Counted from the stretch's first letter, positions 47,197 to 57,021 are shown. The stretch is 64,000 nucleotides of DNA from Clostridia bacterium (GCA_045541975.1 JAZQKB010000041.1:40-64039); one strand, 5' to 3'. The notes: generated by a model from the letters alone, not told the origin. Program-made: numbers and translations.

Positions 47197-48276
47197 ATGG
47201 ATACCATGAACAGTTATCAGTGTCCCTGCTGTGGAGCGCCCCTGGTCTTTTTAGGGGAAGAGCTGCATTGTGATTCCTGCGACAATTCCTTTTCCTTAGA
47301 ATCCATCCGTCAGATGAATGAGGGAATGGAAGGTGCTGCCAAAGAATCCAAGTATGATTGGGACCATTACGAACCCAGAAGCTACGAAGCGGACGGCAAT
47401 ATTAATCTGGCAAACTATTCCTGTAAGTCCTGTGGCGCAGAGATTACGGGGGATGACACCTTAGGTGCCACGGTTTGCCCTTATTGCGGGCAGTCCACCA
47501 TTGTGAAAGGGCAATTTGAAGGTACCCTTCGTCCCGATTATATCATCCCTTTCAAGGTGGATAAGAAAGCGGCGATGGCAGCCTTTGAAGCAGCTTCCCA
47601 GAAAGCACCTTTTCTGCCGGACAGTTTCCGTGACAGACGAAAAATTGAAGAAATGGCAGGGGTGTACGTGCCGTTCTGGATGTTTGACTGTGACTGTGAT
47701 GCCTACCTTACCTACAATGCACAGCGTGTGACCACCTGGAGCGATGCCAACTACCGTTACACCAAAACCGATTTCTATAAACTGCTCCGCCAGGGTGGTG
47801 TTGGCTTTGCCAACATTCCTGTGGACGGTTCCAAAAAGGCAGACGATGCCTATATGGAAGCGGTGGAGCCTTTCGATTATAACGATGCCGTGGAATTTAA
47901 CGGTGCTTACCTTTCCGGTTACCTTGCCGATAAATACGATGTGTCCCACGAGGACAGTATCAGCCGTGCCAACGAACGGGTAAAAAATTCCACCGTCAGT
48001 GCCTTTATGGACACCACCATTGGCTATACCAGTGTATTCCCTGACCAGACCCATGTCAGCTTTTCGGGTGGGAAGACCCGCTATGCACTGTTACCTGTGT
48101 GGATGCTGAACATTAAGTATCAGGATCAGAATTACCAGTATGCCATCAACGGGCAGACCGGAAAAGTGGTTGGAAAATATCCTGTGGATAAGAAGAAAAA
48201 ATGGAAATATTTCTGGAAAGTTGCAGGCATTGCGGCTGCCGTTTGTGCAGTGATTGCATACCTGATGTTACAGTAG
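47197..48276 (+). CDS. Zinc-ribbon membrane protein (YdjG-like)
   Basis: CPCC/CDSC/CKSC/CPYC; PDYIIPFKV; YVPFWMFD; LLPVW; NGQTGKVVG; C-terminal TM helix. Confidence 0.75.
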   Translation: MDTMNSYQCPCCGAPLVFLGEELHCDSCDNSFSLESIRQMNEGMEGAAKESKYDWDHYEPRSYEADGNINLANYSCKSCGAEITGDDTLGATVCPYCGQSTIVKGQFEGTLRPDYIIPFKVDKKAAMAAFEAASQKAPFLPDSFRDRRKIEEMAGVYVPFWMFDCDCDAYLTYNAQRVTTWSDANYRYTKTDFYKLLRQGGVGFANIPVDGSKKADDAYMEAVEPFDYNDAVEFNGAYLSGYLADKYDVSHEDSISRANERVKNSTVSAFMDTTIGYTSVFPDQTHVSFSGGKTRYALLPVWMLNIKYQDQNYQYAINGQTGKVVGKYPVDKKKKWKYFWKVAGIAAAVCAVIAYLMLQ

Positions 48277-48288
48277 GGAGGTGAGGAT

Positions 48289-49062
48289 ATGAAACGAATT
48301 TTATCGGTATTATTTGTTTTGTTATTCTGCCTCACGGTAAGTACTCCTGCTTTTGCAGAAGAGGAAATTTCTCCGGTCATTGATATACCAGAACTTCTGA
48401 CCTACGAAGAATGGGAAGAACTGTGCGAAAGTCTGGAAGACACCCGTAATCAATACAATTGTGATGTGGCCATTATTTTAGACGAAGAATTTTACAGCAG
48501 CACCGCAGAGGCGTCAGCAGATGATTTGTATGACGATCTGGGATACGGTGTTGGTCCTAATGATGACGGCATTTTGTTCTACATTTCCACCGACGAGAGA
48601 GAATATCATTTCTCCACTCACGGATATGGCAGAACCGCTTTCAATGATGATGCCATTGAGTATTTAAAACGGGAAGTGGAACCCCACTTAAAAAACGAAG
48701 ACTATTACCGGGCAATGAAGGCTTTTGCAGATTGCTCCGAGGAACTGCTTTCCATGGCAAGAAACGGCAATCCCTACGAGGAAACTGACTGGGGCTATGT
48801 TGCCATTGTGATAGGCTGTGCCGTTGGGATTCCGCTGATTCTGGCATTTATTATGATGATGGTTCAGTTATCAAAAATGAACACGGCAGTAACAAATGAT
48901 TACGCTAAAAATTATATCAAACCGGGAAGCTATCACTTAGACATGGCAAGAGACATTTTCTTATACAGCCATGTGACCCGGGTGAAAAAAGAAACCTCCT
49001 CCAACTCTTCTCATACCTCCTCTTCGGGAAGAACACACGGTGGCGGAGGCGGATCATTTTAA
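48289..49062 (+). CDS. TPM domain membrane protein (YdjH-like)
   Basis: Signal peptide, TPM domain (DGILFYIST..REYHFST.G), TM helix, SSSHTSSSGRTHGGGGGSF tail. Confidence 0.88.
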   Translation: MKRILSVLFVLLFCLTVSTPAFAEEEISPVIDIPELLTYEEWEELCESLEDTRNQYNCDVAIILDEEFYSSTAEASADDLYDDLGYGVGPNDDGILFYISTDEREYHFSTHGYGRTAFNDDAIEYLKREVEPHLKNEDYYRAMKAFADCSEELLSMARNGNPYEETDWGYVAIVIGCAVGIPLILAFIMMMVQLSKMNTAVTNDYAKNYIKPGSYHLDMARDIFLYSHVTRVKKETSSNSSHTSSSGRTHGGGGGSF

Positions 49063-49108
49063 AGAAAAAAATAAAATATACTAATTTTTTTAGAAAGAAG
49101 GAAACAGT

Positions 49109-49540
49109 ATGAAAAAATTAGTTGCATTATTGTTAGTTTTTGTAATGGCTTTGTCTCTGGCGGCTTGTGGCACTCCAGCAACCAAAGCTCCTGAAGACGG
49201 CTCTTCCTTTGGAATTGACTTAACCAAGGAAGGTGCTCAGACCATGGGAGAAGAAATGGCTACAGTGGAAGTGCTAAAGAAAACTGCAGAAGAGTATTTA
49301 GAAGGCGGCACTTTATTTGCTTACTCCAATGACACAAGAACCTACGGTGACTTCAAAGCCTATATCGGTGTGCATGCTAACGAATATCAGTACAATGAAG
49401 ACCAAAACCAGAGAACCTATATCTGGAAAGCATCCGACGATTCCACCGCTTGGTTTGCAGCAATCTTTCAGGAAAAAGACGGCAATTGGACTCTGTATGC
49501 GTCCTCCTCTGCAAATTTAGGATTAAGCGTGAACCAGTAA
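49109..49540 (+). CDS. Hypothetical lipoprotein
   Basis: Lipobox LAAC-G, RBS, host-like codon use. Confidence 0.7.
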   Translation: MKKLVALLLVFVMALSLAACGTPATKAPEDGSSFGIDLTKEGAQTMGEEMATVEVLKKTAEEYLEGGTLFAYSNDTRTYGDFKAYIGVHANEYQYNEDQNQRTYIWKASDDSTAWFAAIFQEKDGNWTLYASSSANLGLSVNQ

Positions 49541-49610
49541 TTCTAAAAACTGATTGATTTTTTTAGAAAAATATGTTACAATAAAATTGTGAAAAAAGGG
49601 AGAAAGAATC

Positions 49611-50324
49611 ATGAAAAAACTACTTACATTCTTATTGGCAATGATGATGGTATTATCTTTAGCTGCTTGTGGCGGCAACAAAGCAACCACCAAACTGGAT
49701 GAAAAGTTTGTCGGCGACTGGGTTGGCGTTGGCGGTGATGTTTTTGACATCACCATGACTGCAGAAGAAGCTGCTGCATATACTATGAAAGTTGCAGAAA
49801 ACGGAAAAGTAGCTCTTTCTATTGACGGAGAAACATTAGAAGCAACCGGCACCGTATCCGGTGACACCTTAACCTTCAAAGAACCCACCTTAGACATCAC
49901 CAATACCGCTGTTCTGACCGACAATGTGCTTTATTTGGAAAATATTATGGATTTCGGTATTAATGTTTACATGGTAAAAGAAGGGGACACCTCTTATGAT
50001 CCTACTCAGTTTATGCCGGAAGAGCTCCAGGCAGTGGTTGGTACCTGGCAGTCTTACGAAGTATTGAATGTATTGGATGAAGATGTTTCCGACCAGATTC
50101 CTGCGGATTCGTTAACTATGGAATTTTTAGCAGACGGCACCGCAAACGTTATGATTGGTGAAGACTTCTATCCTGAAGAAAGATGGGTTATGATGGACAC
50201 CTTCGGCTACCTAGAAGAAAGCGCATGTGACCTTACCTGGGATATGGAAGACGGTGAATTAAGAGCTAGCTATTATGACGCAGAAAACAACGGCTTCTAC
50301 TTTACCTGCGAAAAAATCGACTAA
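49611..50324 (+). CDS. Lipoprotein with two tandem lipocalin-like beta domains
   Basis: Lipobox LAAC-GG; FVGDWVG... and VVGTWQS...EFLADGTA repeats; promoter TTGATT-17-TACAAT at 49554-49582. Confidence 0.7.
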   Translation: MKKLLTFLLAMMMVLSLAACGGNKATTKLDEKFVGDWVGVGGDVFDITMTAEEAAAYTMKVAENGKVALSIDGETLEATGTVSGDTLTFKEPTLDITNTAVLTDNVLYLENIMDFGINVYMVKEGDTSYDPTQFMPEELQAVVGTWQSYEVLNVLDEDVSDQIPADSLTMEFLADGTANVMIGEDFYPEERWVMMDTFGYLEESACDLTWDMEDGELRASYYDAENNGFYFTCEKID

Positions 50325-50472
50325 TATTTTTCTGTTTGATGATTAACAATGAAATTATTGAATCTGCCGCCGCAATATTGCGGAGGCAGACCCATACCCT
50401 GATAACGATTCGATTTTATGACCTTATTTTGATGTTTCTTAAAACAAACAAATAAAAGGAGGCGTATTTAAT

Positions 50473-51645
50473 ATGAAAAAAATTCTTTCCCTGATACTTG
50501 CAGTGATTTTAATGGTTTCCATGGCAGGCAGTGTGTTTTCAGAGGAATACTTACCGATTGAGTTTGAAATCACTCCCCAAGGCGAAATCACTTCCTACTT
50601 TGGGGAAAGCTTTGTATATATTCCTTCCGAAGTGGACGGAGTTCCCGTTACCACAATCGGCGAAAAAGCATTTTTCGACTTGGATTTAGAAAGCGTTTAT
50701 ATGGAACCCGGTGTCACTACCGTTGGCAAAAGTGCTTTTGAAGGAGCAAGTCTGGAATCTGCAGACTTTGCACCCACGGTTACCAAAATTGGTGACTGTT
50801 CCTTTATGAACTGCGAAAACTTGTCCGAGATTTTTTTCTTTGACAGAGATTTGATTCCCACCTTTGGAGAAAAAGCGTTTTACAATACTCCCCATATCAC
50901 GGCGCACATCTATTGCACCACCGATGTGGAAGCATTCCACGAGGCTTTCTACAAGGCAAAAGGCGACTGGGAGTTTTCCGTGGAGCTGATTCATTGGGTT
51001 TCGGAAGACACTGTGGAGCAACGGGGCGACTATAAGCTTCCCGTTTCGGTTTGTCTGGGTTGCGGTTATGCCGAAACCAGATATCCGGGACTTTCGGGAC
51101 ATCCTTTCTCTGATGTAGCAGAGGCAGACTGGTTTCATCAGTATGTGGATGTGGCATACAATGTGGGCATTTTAAACGGAAAAGGCCCCAATACCTTTGA
51201 TCCCAATGCAACCATGACCTGTGGGGAAGCTGCCAAAATTGCGGCAAGTATTGCAGCGATGCTAAACGGACAGACCATTGATAAACAAACCACCGGTCCC
51301 TGGTACACTCCCTATGTGGACTATTGCTACAAAAATTATGTGATCGAAGAAGGCATGATGTTTGATTGGGATGCTCCCATCACCCGTGCACAGATGGCAT
51401 ACATATTCTGCCGTGCAGATGCCACCAACTTCTACCCCAACGAAGTTCCCATGACCGATATACCCGATGTGGACGAAAATACTCCCTTTGCCACCGAAAT
51501 TTTAGAATTGTATGACCGTGGCGTGGCTGTGGGAGACTCCACCATGAGCTTCCATCCGTTTGACCCCATCAAACGAAGCGAAGCGGCCGCAATTGTGGTT
51601 CGTATTATTTTCAACGAAACCCGTGTGGAATTACCCAAAGGCTAA
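50473..51645 (+). CDS. BspA-type leucine-rich-repeat surface protein with SLH domains
   Basis: VTTIGEKAF, VGKSAF, IGDCSFMNC LRR_5 repeats; FSDVAEADWF..FDPNATMTCGEAA, ITRAQMA, IKRSEAAA. Confidence 0.85.
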   Translation: MKKILSLILAVILMVSMAGSVFSEEYLPIEFEITPQGEITSYFGESFVYIPSEVDGVPVTTIGEKAFFDLDLESVYMEPGVTTVGKSAFEGASLESADFAPTVTKIGDCSFMNCENLSEIFFFDRDLIPTFGEKAFYNTPHITAHIYCTTDVEAFHEAFYKAKGDWEFSVELIHWVSEDTVEQRGDYKLPVSVCLGCGYAETRYPGLSGHPFSDVAEADWFHQYVDVAYNVGILNGKGPNTFDPNATMTCGEAAKIAASIAAMLNGQTIDKQTTGPWYTPYVDYCYKNYVIEEGMMFDWDAPITRAQMAYIFCRADATNFYPNEVPMTDIPDVDENTPFATEILELYDRGVAVGDSTMSFHPFDPIKRSEAAAIVVRIIFNETRVELPKG

Positions 51646-51695
51646 AACAGTTTGATAGATATTACCAAGATTCATATATGTAAAGGAGAATACTT

Positions 51696-53018
51696 ATGGG
51701 CTTATTAAAAGCAGGCTTTGGTGCGCTGGGCGGTGTTTTGGCGGATCAATGGCGTGATTATTTCTATTGTGACAGTATGGACGCCGACACCTTAGTGGTC
51801 AAAGGCGAAAAGAAGGCAGGAGGCCGTTCCTCCAACACCAAAGGTACGGATAACATTATTTCCAACGGTTCCATTATCAATGTGAACGAAGGTCAGTGTA
51901 TGATGATTGTGGAATCCGGCAAAGTGGTGGAGGTTTGTGCGGAACCCGGCGAATTTGTGTACGACAATCAGACTGAACCCAGCATTTTCTACGGCAAATT
52001 AGGAGAAAACATCAAAAAATGTTTCTCTGAAATCGGCAAACGTTTTGCCTTTGGAGGAGAACCTGCCAAAGATCAGCGGGTATATTTCTTTAATACCAAG
52101 GAAATTATGGGCAATAAATACGGTACTCCCTCTCCGATTCCGTTTCGTATTATGGATCAGGCAATCGGATTCCCCTTGGATATTAAAATCCGTTGTCACG
52201 GCGAATATTCCTATCGGATTACCAATCCGCTTTTGTTTTACACCAATGTGTGCGCCAACGTGGATTATGCTTTCACCCGTGATGAAATTGACGGTCAATT
52301 GAAATCCGAATTGCTGACTGCCTTAAATCCGGCAATGTTCAAGATTTCTCAGAATAATATTTATTATGCTGCCATTCCTGCATACACCATGCAGTTGGCA
52401 GACGAATTAAACGAGTTGTTATCTTCCAAATGGAGAGACAGACGTGGGATTGAAATCGTGGAATTTGGCGTTTCTTCCGTCAATGCCACCGAAGAAGATG
52501 AAGCAAGAATCGTGGAATATCAGCGTTCCACTGCAATGGGCAGAGATGACAGTATGCTACGGGGTCATATGGCAGGTGCAACCGCTCAGGCGATGAACAC
52601 TGCTGCAGCAAACGAAGCAGGCGCAGCAATGGGTTTTATGGGCATGGGTATGGCAGGCAATATGATGGGTAACATGGCTGGCTTTATGGGCAATGGACAG
52701 AATCAGCAGAACACCATGGTGAACCAGCAGGTTGGCGGTGTGGCTTCCCAAGGCGGCTGGGTTTGCTCCTGCGGTGCCCAGAACACCGGTAAATTCTGCG
52801 CAAACTGCGGAAAAGCTCAGCCTGTAGCAAATGGCTGGACCTGTTCCTGCGGTGCGGTAAACCAGGGCAAATTCTGTCAGAATTGTGGCGCAAAAAAGCC
52901 CTCTGATGCACCGTTATACAAATGCGATAAATGCGGATGGACTCCTGAAGATCCGTCCAATCCTCCCAAGTTCTGTCCCGAATGCGGTGACTTATTTGAC
53001 GAAAACGATAAAGCGTAA
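51696..53018 (+). CDS. SPFH (band 7)/YdjI-like protein with C-terminal zinc ribbons
   Basis: IISNGSII.V.EGQCMMIV, QRVYFFNTKE..GTP.PIPF; repeated W.CSCG...GKFC..CG. Confidence 0.88.
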   Translation: MGLLKAGFGALGGVLADQWRDYFYCDSMDADTLVVKGEKKAGGRSSNTKGTDNIISNGSIINVNEGQCMMIVESGKVVEVCAEPGEFVYDNQTEPSIFYGKLGENIKKCFSEIGKRFAFGGEPAKDQRVYFFNTKEIMGNKYGTPSPIPFRIMDQAIGFPLDIKIRCHGEYSYRITNPLLFYTNVCANVDYAFTRDEIDGQLKSELLTALNPAMFKISQNNIYYAAIPAYTMQLADELNELLSSKWRDRRGIEIVEFGVSSVNATEEDEARIVEYQRSTAMGRDDSMLRGHMAGATAQAMNTAAANEAGAAMGFMGMGMAGNMMGNMAGFMGNGQNQQNTMVNQQVGGVASQGGWVCSCGAQNTGKFCANCGKAQPVANGWTCSCGAVNQGKFCQNCGAKKPSDAPLYKCDKCGWTPEDPSNPPKFCPECGDLFDENDKA

Positions 53019-53031
53019 CAGTAAATGATGT

Positions 53032-53063
53032 TGTTGGAGTGCTATCCGGCACTCCAACATTTT
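53032..53063 (+). terminator. Probable terminator
   Basis: TGTTGGAGTGC-TATCCG-GCACTCCAACA followed by TTTT. Confidence 0.65.
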
Positions 53064-53085
53064 GGTAGGAAAGGAATGCTTTGTT

Positions 53086-53856
53086 ATGAAATTTGTTCGA
53101 GTATTATTGGTTTTGCTGGCAGTGACCTTGTTTTTAACCTCCTGTGGCAGCACTGCACCCGCTCCTAAGGAACCGGAAGCTTTAATGGACTATACTCCCA
53201 AGGCTGCAGCAGATTTGAAGGCTCCCACCTATGAGGAAGCCACAGCAAAGCTGAAAGCTGACTTGGAAGAAGTCCGTCAGTCTTTATCCCACGGATACCA
53301 ATTTGCAGATCCCGATTCCAAAATTACCCTTTACGGAGAAGACTGCAGTTTGGTAAACATTGTTGAAGAAGATGGAACCAGTGTGGCTTTTTGCTATGCA
53401 GTGGGCGAAAGAGGTTCTGTTTATTATCTGGAAAATGACGGCTGGATTGCTGTGAACGGTCCTGCATTTGTATATTCTCAGGCACTGGACAATCTGTTTT
53501 ATGTGTCTAATTTAAATGACTCTTTAGAATATGCACACTTTTCCCAAGATGCTGCCCAGGTTGCAACCCCGGTGGTAGGATTAGAAGAAAATGTTCCGAT
53601 TCTGGTGGTAGCCTTAAAAGACGGGTTGCAGCTCAGAATCGAATTGGTGAATGAACAAGATGAAGTGGATTATCTGATTTTAGATTCCAAATTACGTTGC
53701 GGAGAAACACTGTTGGTGGATGCAGCACTTTCCGAGCATAATTCTCCCGTTAAAATTACTGCGGAATTTGAAGGAGAAACCGGTGTTTGGTATGCAAATT
53801 ACCAAGAAGGCGGTTACCGTTTCTACGATGCCTATATTTCCGGCGTAGCGAAATAA
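53086..53856 (+). CDS. Hypothetical lipoprotein
   Basis: Lipobox LTSC-G; RBS; 257-codon ORF. Confidence 0.7.
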   Translation: MKFVRVLLVLLAVTLFLTSCGSTAPAPKEPEALMDYTPKAAADLKAPTYEEATAKLKADLEEVRQSLSHGYQFADPDSKITLYGEDCSLVNIVEEDGTSVAFCYAVGERGSVYYLENDGWIAVNGPAFVYSQALDNLFYVSNLNDSLEYAHFSQDAAQVATPVVGLEENVPILVVALKDGLQLRIELVNEQDEVDYLILDSKLRCGETLLVDAALSEHNSPVKITAEFEGETGVWYANYQEGGYRFYDAYISGVAK

Positions 53857-53925
53857 GTCAACGGTTCGTGGATTGTTTTTTGATTCATTTTTGATACAAT
53901 CTTATATAAGAGGTGATCAAAAGAT

Positions 53926-54519
53926 ATGGATTTACAAAAAACGGGAATGTTACTGGCGACTCTCCGCAAAACAAAAAGTCTGACCCAAAAGGATGTGGCA
54001 GAACAACTTGGGATTTCTCCGAAAACTGTTTCCAAATGGGAAACGGGACACGGATTTCCCGATGTTGCCACGGTGTCTTCCTTAGCTGGGATTCTCGGTG
54101 TCAGTGAGCAAACACTCTTATCGGGAAGATTAGAGATTGGCAAAGGAGAATCCGGCAATATGAAACGAACGAAATTTTATGTGTGTCCCACCTGCGGAAG
54201 TTTTTTGACGGGAACGGCAAACAGTCAGATTGTGTGTTGCGGAAAGCTGTTGGATGCACTTGTTCCAAAAAAGGCAGACAGTGACCACGAAATATGTATT
54301 ACTCAGCCGGATGACGAATTCTATCTGGAATTTCATCATTCTATGACCAAAGAACACTATATTTCTTTTGTGTCCTACGTCCGGTTTGACAGAGTGCTTA
54401 CCGTACGGCTCTACCCCGAACAGGACGGAGCTGTCCGTATCCCGAAGATGTATGGCGGAAAGCTGTATTTTTATTGCAACCGACATGGACTAATGGAACA
54501 TTCTATGAAAAACCAATAA
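53926..54519 (+). CDS. XRE HTH regulator fused to a desulfoferrodoxin-like domain
   Basis: LTQKDVAEQLGISPKTVSKWETG; CPTCG..CCG; H.M..EHYI..YCNRHGL. Confidence 0.88.
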   Translation: MDLQKTGMLLATLRKTKSLTQKDVAEQLGISPKTVSKWETGHGFPDVATVSSLAGILGVSEQTLLSGRLEIGKGESGNMKRTKFYVCPTCGSFLTGTANSQIVCCGKLLDALVPKKADSDHEICITQPDDEFYLEFHHSMTKEHYISFVSYVRFDRVLTVRLYPEQDGAVRIPKMYGGKLYFYCNRHGLMEHSMKNQ

Positions 54520-54525
54520 CCCCTA

Positions 54526-54550
54526 AAAAAGCACCGTTTCGGTGCTTTTT
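54526..54550. terminator. Bidirectional terminator
   Basis: AAAAAGCACCG-TTT-CGGTGCTTTTT. Confidence 0.85.
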
Positions 54551-54582
54551 CCGGCTATATTTGAATTTTGGAGGAATGCATA

Positions 54583-55296
54583 ATGAGATCTTATATTATT
54601 TGCCATATGGTAACATCCATCGACGGCAAAGTGACCGGTGACTTTTTGTCCCGTCCCGAATGTGAACCGGCAACAGATGTTTACTATGAATTAAATCGAA
54701 ACTTCAACAAAAACGGTGCCAACGGATTCCTTTGCGGTCGTGTAACCATGGAGGGAAGCTTTACCGGTGGCTGGTATCCCGACTTGGAAACATACGAACC
54801 TCTAAAGAATCAGGAAGATTTTATTCCCGAAAATTTATCGGGATTTTATGCCATCAGCTTTGATCCTAAGGGAAAACTGGGTTGGAAGGAAGCTAGGATT
54901 ATCGACGAAGACCCGGGCTATGGCGGTGCACAGATTGTGGAAGTATTAACCCGTCAGGTTGACAGACGGTATCTTTCTTATTTAAAGGCGTTGGGGATTC
55001 CCTACATTTTCGCCGGAGATATTGAAATTGATGTTTCCATAGCTTTACAAAAGCTGAAAACCCTGATGGGGATTGAAACAATCTTATTAGAGGGCGGAAG
55101 CATTGTGAACGGTTATTTTAACCGTTGTGATGTGATTGACGAAGTAAGTCTTGTGGTGGCACCTATAGTGGCAGAAGGGGAAGACAAACCATTATTTATG
55201 GATAGTGTGTTATCTCAGTTTCAATTAAAAGAATTAAAGCAATACGGTGATGTTGTGTGGCTTCATTATAAAAAGGGGAGCAAACATGTTAAATAA
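54583..55296 (+). CDS. RibD C-terminal / DHFR-fold reductase family protein
   Basis: ICHMVTSIDGKVTG, ILLEGGSIVNG, DEVSLVVAP. Confidence 0.88.
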   Translation: MRSYIICHMVTSIDGKVTGDFLSRPECEPATDVYYELNRNFNKNGANGFLCGRVTMEGSFTGGWYPDLETYEPLKNQEDFIPENLSGFYAISFDPKGKLGWKEARIIDEDPGYGGAQIVEVLTRQVDRRYLSYLKALGIPYIFAGDIEIDVSIALQKLKTLMGIETILLEGGSIVNGYFNRCDVIDEVSLVVAPIVAEGEDKPLFMDSVLSQFQLKELKQYGDVVWLHYKKGSKHVK

Positions 55297-55642
55297 ATTA
55301 TTAAAAAGTGTGTTGGATCAGGACACGGCTCCCGTGGTGGTGTGCGATACCAATCATACTATTGTCTATATGAATCCCTGCGCCGTTAAGCGCTATCATC
55401 GGGACTTGACGGGAAATTGTATCAAAGACTGTCATCCTCCCAAGGCAAATGAACTGATTGATAAGGTGGTCGCCTGGTTTTTGGCAGACAAAGACCACAA
55501 CATCATGTATACTTATCATAACGAAAAGGAAAACAAGGATGTGTATATGGTGGCGCTTCGTGACGAGGACGGAACCTTGATCGGTTACTACGAAAAGCAC
55601 GAATACCGTAACCGTGAAACAAAACCCTTATATCATTTTTAG
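55286..55642 (+). CDS. Small stand-alone PAS-domain protein
   Basis: APVVVCDTNHTIVYMN, IKDCHP, ALRDEDGTLIGYYEKHEY. Confidence 0.75.
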   Translation: MLNKLLKSVLDQDTAPVVVCDTNHTIVYMNPCAVKRYHRDLTGNCIKDCHPPKANELIDKVVAWFLADKDHNIMYTYHNEKENKDVYMVALRDEDGTLIGYYEKHEYRNRETKPLYHF

Positions 55643-55697
55643 CGGTATCTGTGAAAGATAAAATCTATGCTGAATTGCCAATGCCGAGGAACAAGAA

Positions 55698-56018
55698 ATG
55701 AAATGCTGTAACCATGACGAATTTGAACTGATCAAAGAATACGACCCAAAGCCTAAAAATCCTGACGGCAGTATCCGTTGGTTTTTATACCGTTGGGATG
55801 ACGGCAAAGACGGCTACCGAAAGCTCATCCGTTGCAAAAGCTGTGGTCGGTATTTTTTGGTGCAATGCTATCGGCTGAATAAGTTTTCAGAAGATGATGA
55901 CAAGTTACATGAGGATTGGTATGCGGTGGAAAACGAACAGCAGGCAGATTATTTAAATCGCACCTACACAGGACCCGAACTGGAAAGAATGTTGAAAAAC
56001 TGGAGGGATAAATATTGA
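55698..56018 (+). CDS. Hypothetical protein (possible metal-binding CC/CxxC)
   Basis: RBS, 106 codons, stop overlaps the next start; RCKSCG motif. Confidence 0.6.
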   Translation: MKCCNHDEFELIKEYDPKPKNPDGSIRWFLYRWDDGKDGYRKLIRCKSCGRYFLVQCYRLNKFSEDDDKLHEDWYAVENEQQADYLNRTYTGPELERMLKNWRDKY

Positions 56019-56362
56019 GAACAAGGCAAGAAGTGATAGATTTTTGTCTGTCGCTTTTGGAAGCTTACGAAGATTATCCCTTCCACGATTTTAACTGGAC
56101 GGTGATGCGCCATAAAGGAAACCAAAAAATGTTTGCCGCTATCTGTGAACGGCTGGGAAATATCTGGATTAATGTAAAATGTGATCCTAACCTGACATAT
56201 CTGTGGCGAAATACCTATCAGTCCGTGGTGCCTGCCTATCATATGAATAAATTTCATTGGAATTCCATTATTCTAGATGGCTCTATTCCCGCGGAAGAAA
56301 TCAAAAATATGATTTGGGACAGTTACGAGCTAACCAAACCTAAAAAGAGAGGGAAAAAGTGA
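56015..56362 (+). CDS. MmcQ/YjbR family DNA-binding protein
   Basis: EDYPF, KMFA, NVKCDP, PAYHMNKFHWNSI. Confidence 0.92.
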   Translation: MRTRQEVIDFCLSLLEAYEDYPFHDFNWTVMRHKGNQKMFAAICERLGNIWINVKCDPNLTYLWRNTYQSVVPAYHMNKFHWNSIILDGSIPAEEIKNMIWDSYELTKPKKRGKK

Positions 56363-56772
56363 TTATGAAAAAAAAATACTGTGTCCTGACAGTTTTTCTT
56401 TGTATATTCTTAACCGCTTGCGGAAATTCTACAAGTAATATGACAAAAGAACAGGGAGAACAAACGATGTACGAACAGATTACACCTCAGCAGGCAAAAG
56501 AACTGATGGAGTCTTATCCTGACGCCGTCATTTTAGATGTGAGAGAACAGGACGAATATGATAGCGGTCATATCAAAAATGCCATTTTAATTCCTCATAC
56601 CGAAATTAAGACGCAGGCAAATGAAAAACTTCCCGACAAAAATCAGCTGATTTTAGTGTATTGCCGTTCGGGACGCCGCAGTAAAATTGCCTCCGAAAGC
56701 CTTGTGAATTTAGGTTATACCAATGTGAAAGAGTTTGGCGGCATCAACGATTGGCCATACGGTGTGGAATAG
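56359..56772 (+). CDS. Rhodanese-like domain lipoprotein
   Basis: Lipobox LTAC; ILDVRE..EYDSGHI; VYCRSGRRS; FGGINDWPY. Confidence 0.92.
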   Translation: MIMKKKYCVLTVFLCIFLTACGNSTSNMTKEQGEQTMYEQITPQQAKELMESYPDAVILDVREQDEYDSGHIKNAILIPHTEIKTQANEKLPDKNQLILVYCRSGRRSKIASESLVNLGYTNVKEFGGINDWPYGVE

Positions 56773-56792
56773 AAGAAATATTTCCGATTGGC

Positions 56793-56821
56793 TTGACAAT
56801 CCTCCAAAAATTTGGTAAACT
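56793..56821 (+). promoter_or_regulatory. sigmaA promoter of the (broken) tRNA-Ser locus
   Basis: TTGACA-17 bp-TAAACT, 16 nt upstream of the tRNA 5' half. Confidence 0.7.
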
Positions 56822-56837
56822 ATGAAGGATTCAATCG

Positions 56838-56877
56838 GGAGTGGTATCGAAGTGGTCATAACGGACATGACTCGAAA
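56838..56877 (+). pseudogene. 5' half of a tRNA-Ser(CGA), interrupted at the anticodon loop
   Basis: GGAGTGG TA TCG AAGTGGTCATAA CGG A CATGA CTCGAAA, after which the expected 3' anticodon strand (TCATG) is replaced by AACCTTAAG... Confidence 0.8.
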
Positions 56878-56959
56878 AACCTTAAGTTTTTTGGAACCTC
56901 ACACCCCCAATCCCTTGATATTACTGACTTTTTTGAAAATTTAATATTGCTAATTTTGC

Positions 56960-56982
56960 AGTTCCCAAAAGGAGTTCCCAAA
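56960..56982 (+). repeat. Direct repeat AGTTCCCAAA x2, candidate integrase arm-type sites
   Basis: Copies at 56960-69 and 56973-82, about 85 bp inside the break point. Confidence 0.55.
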
Positions 56983-57021
56983 GATTTTCACACCTTTTGC
57001 AGGGCTGAAAAATATAAATTT

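Noticed and set aside
50363-50390. Palindromic hairpin TCTGCC-G-CCGCAATATTGCGG-A-GGCAGA as an ncRNA
   Set aside because: A single short intergenic stem with no other support; more likely a transcript-stabilising or weak terminator element.
51696-53018. Prophage, because this family is often labelled 'virion core protein'
   Set aside because: It is an SPFH/YdjI-like membrane-stress protein, and no phage structural or packaging genes are nearby.
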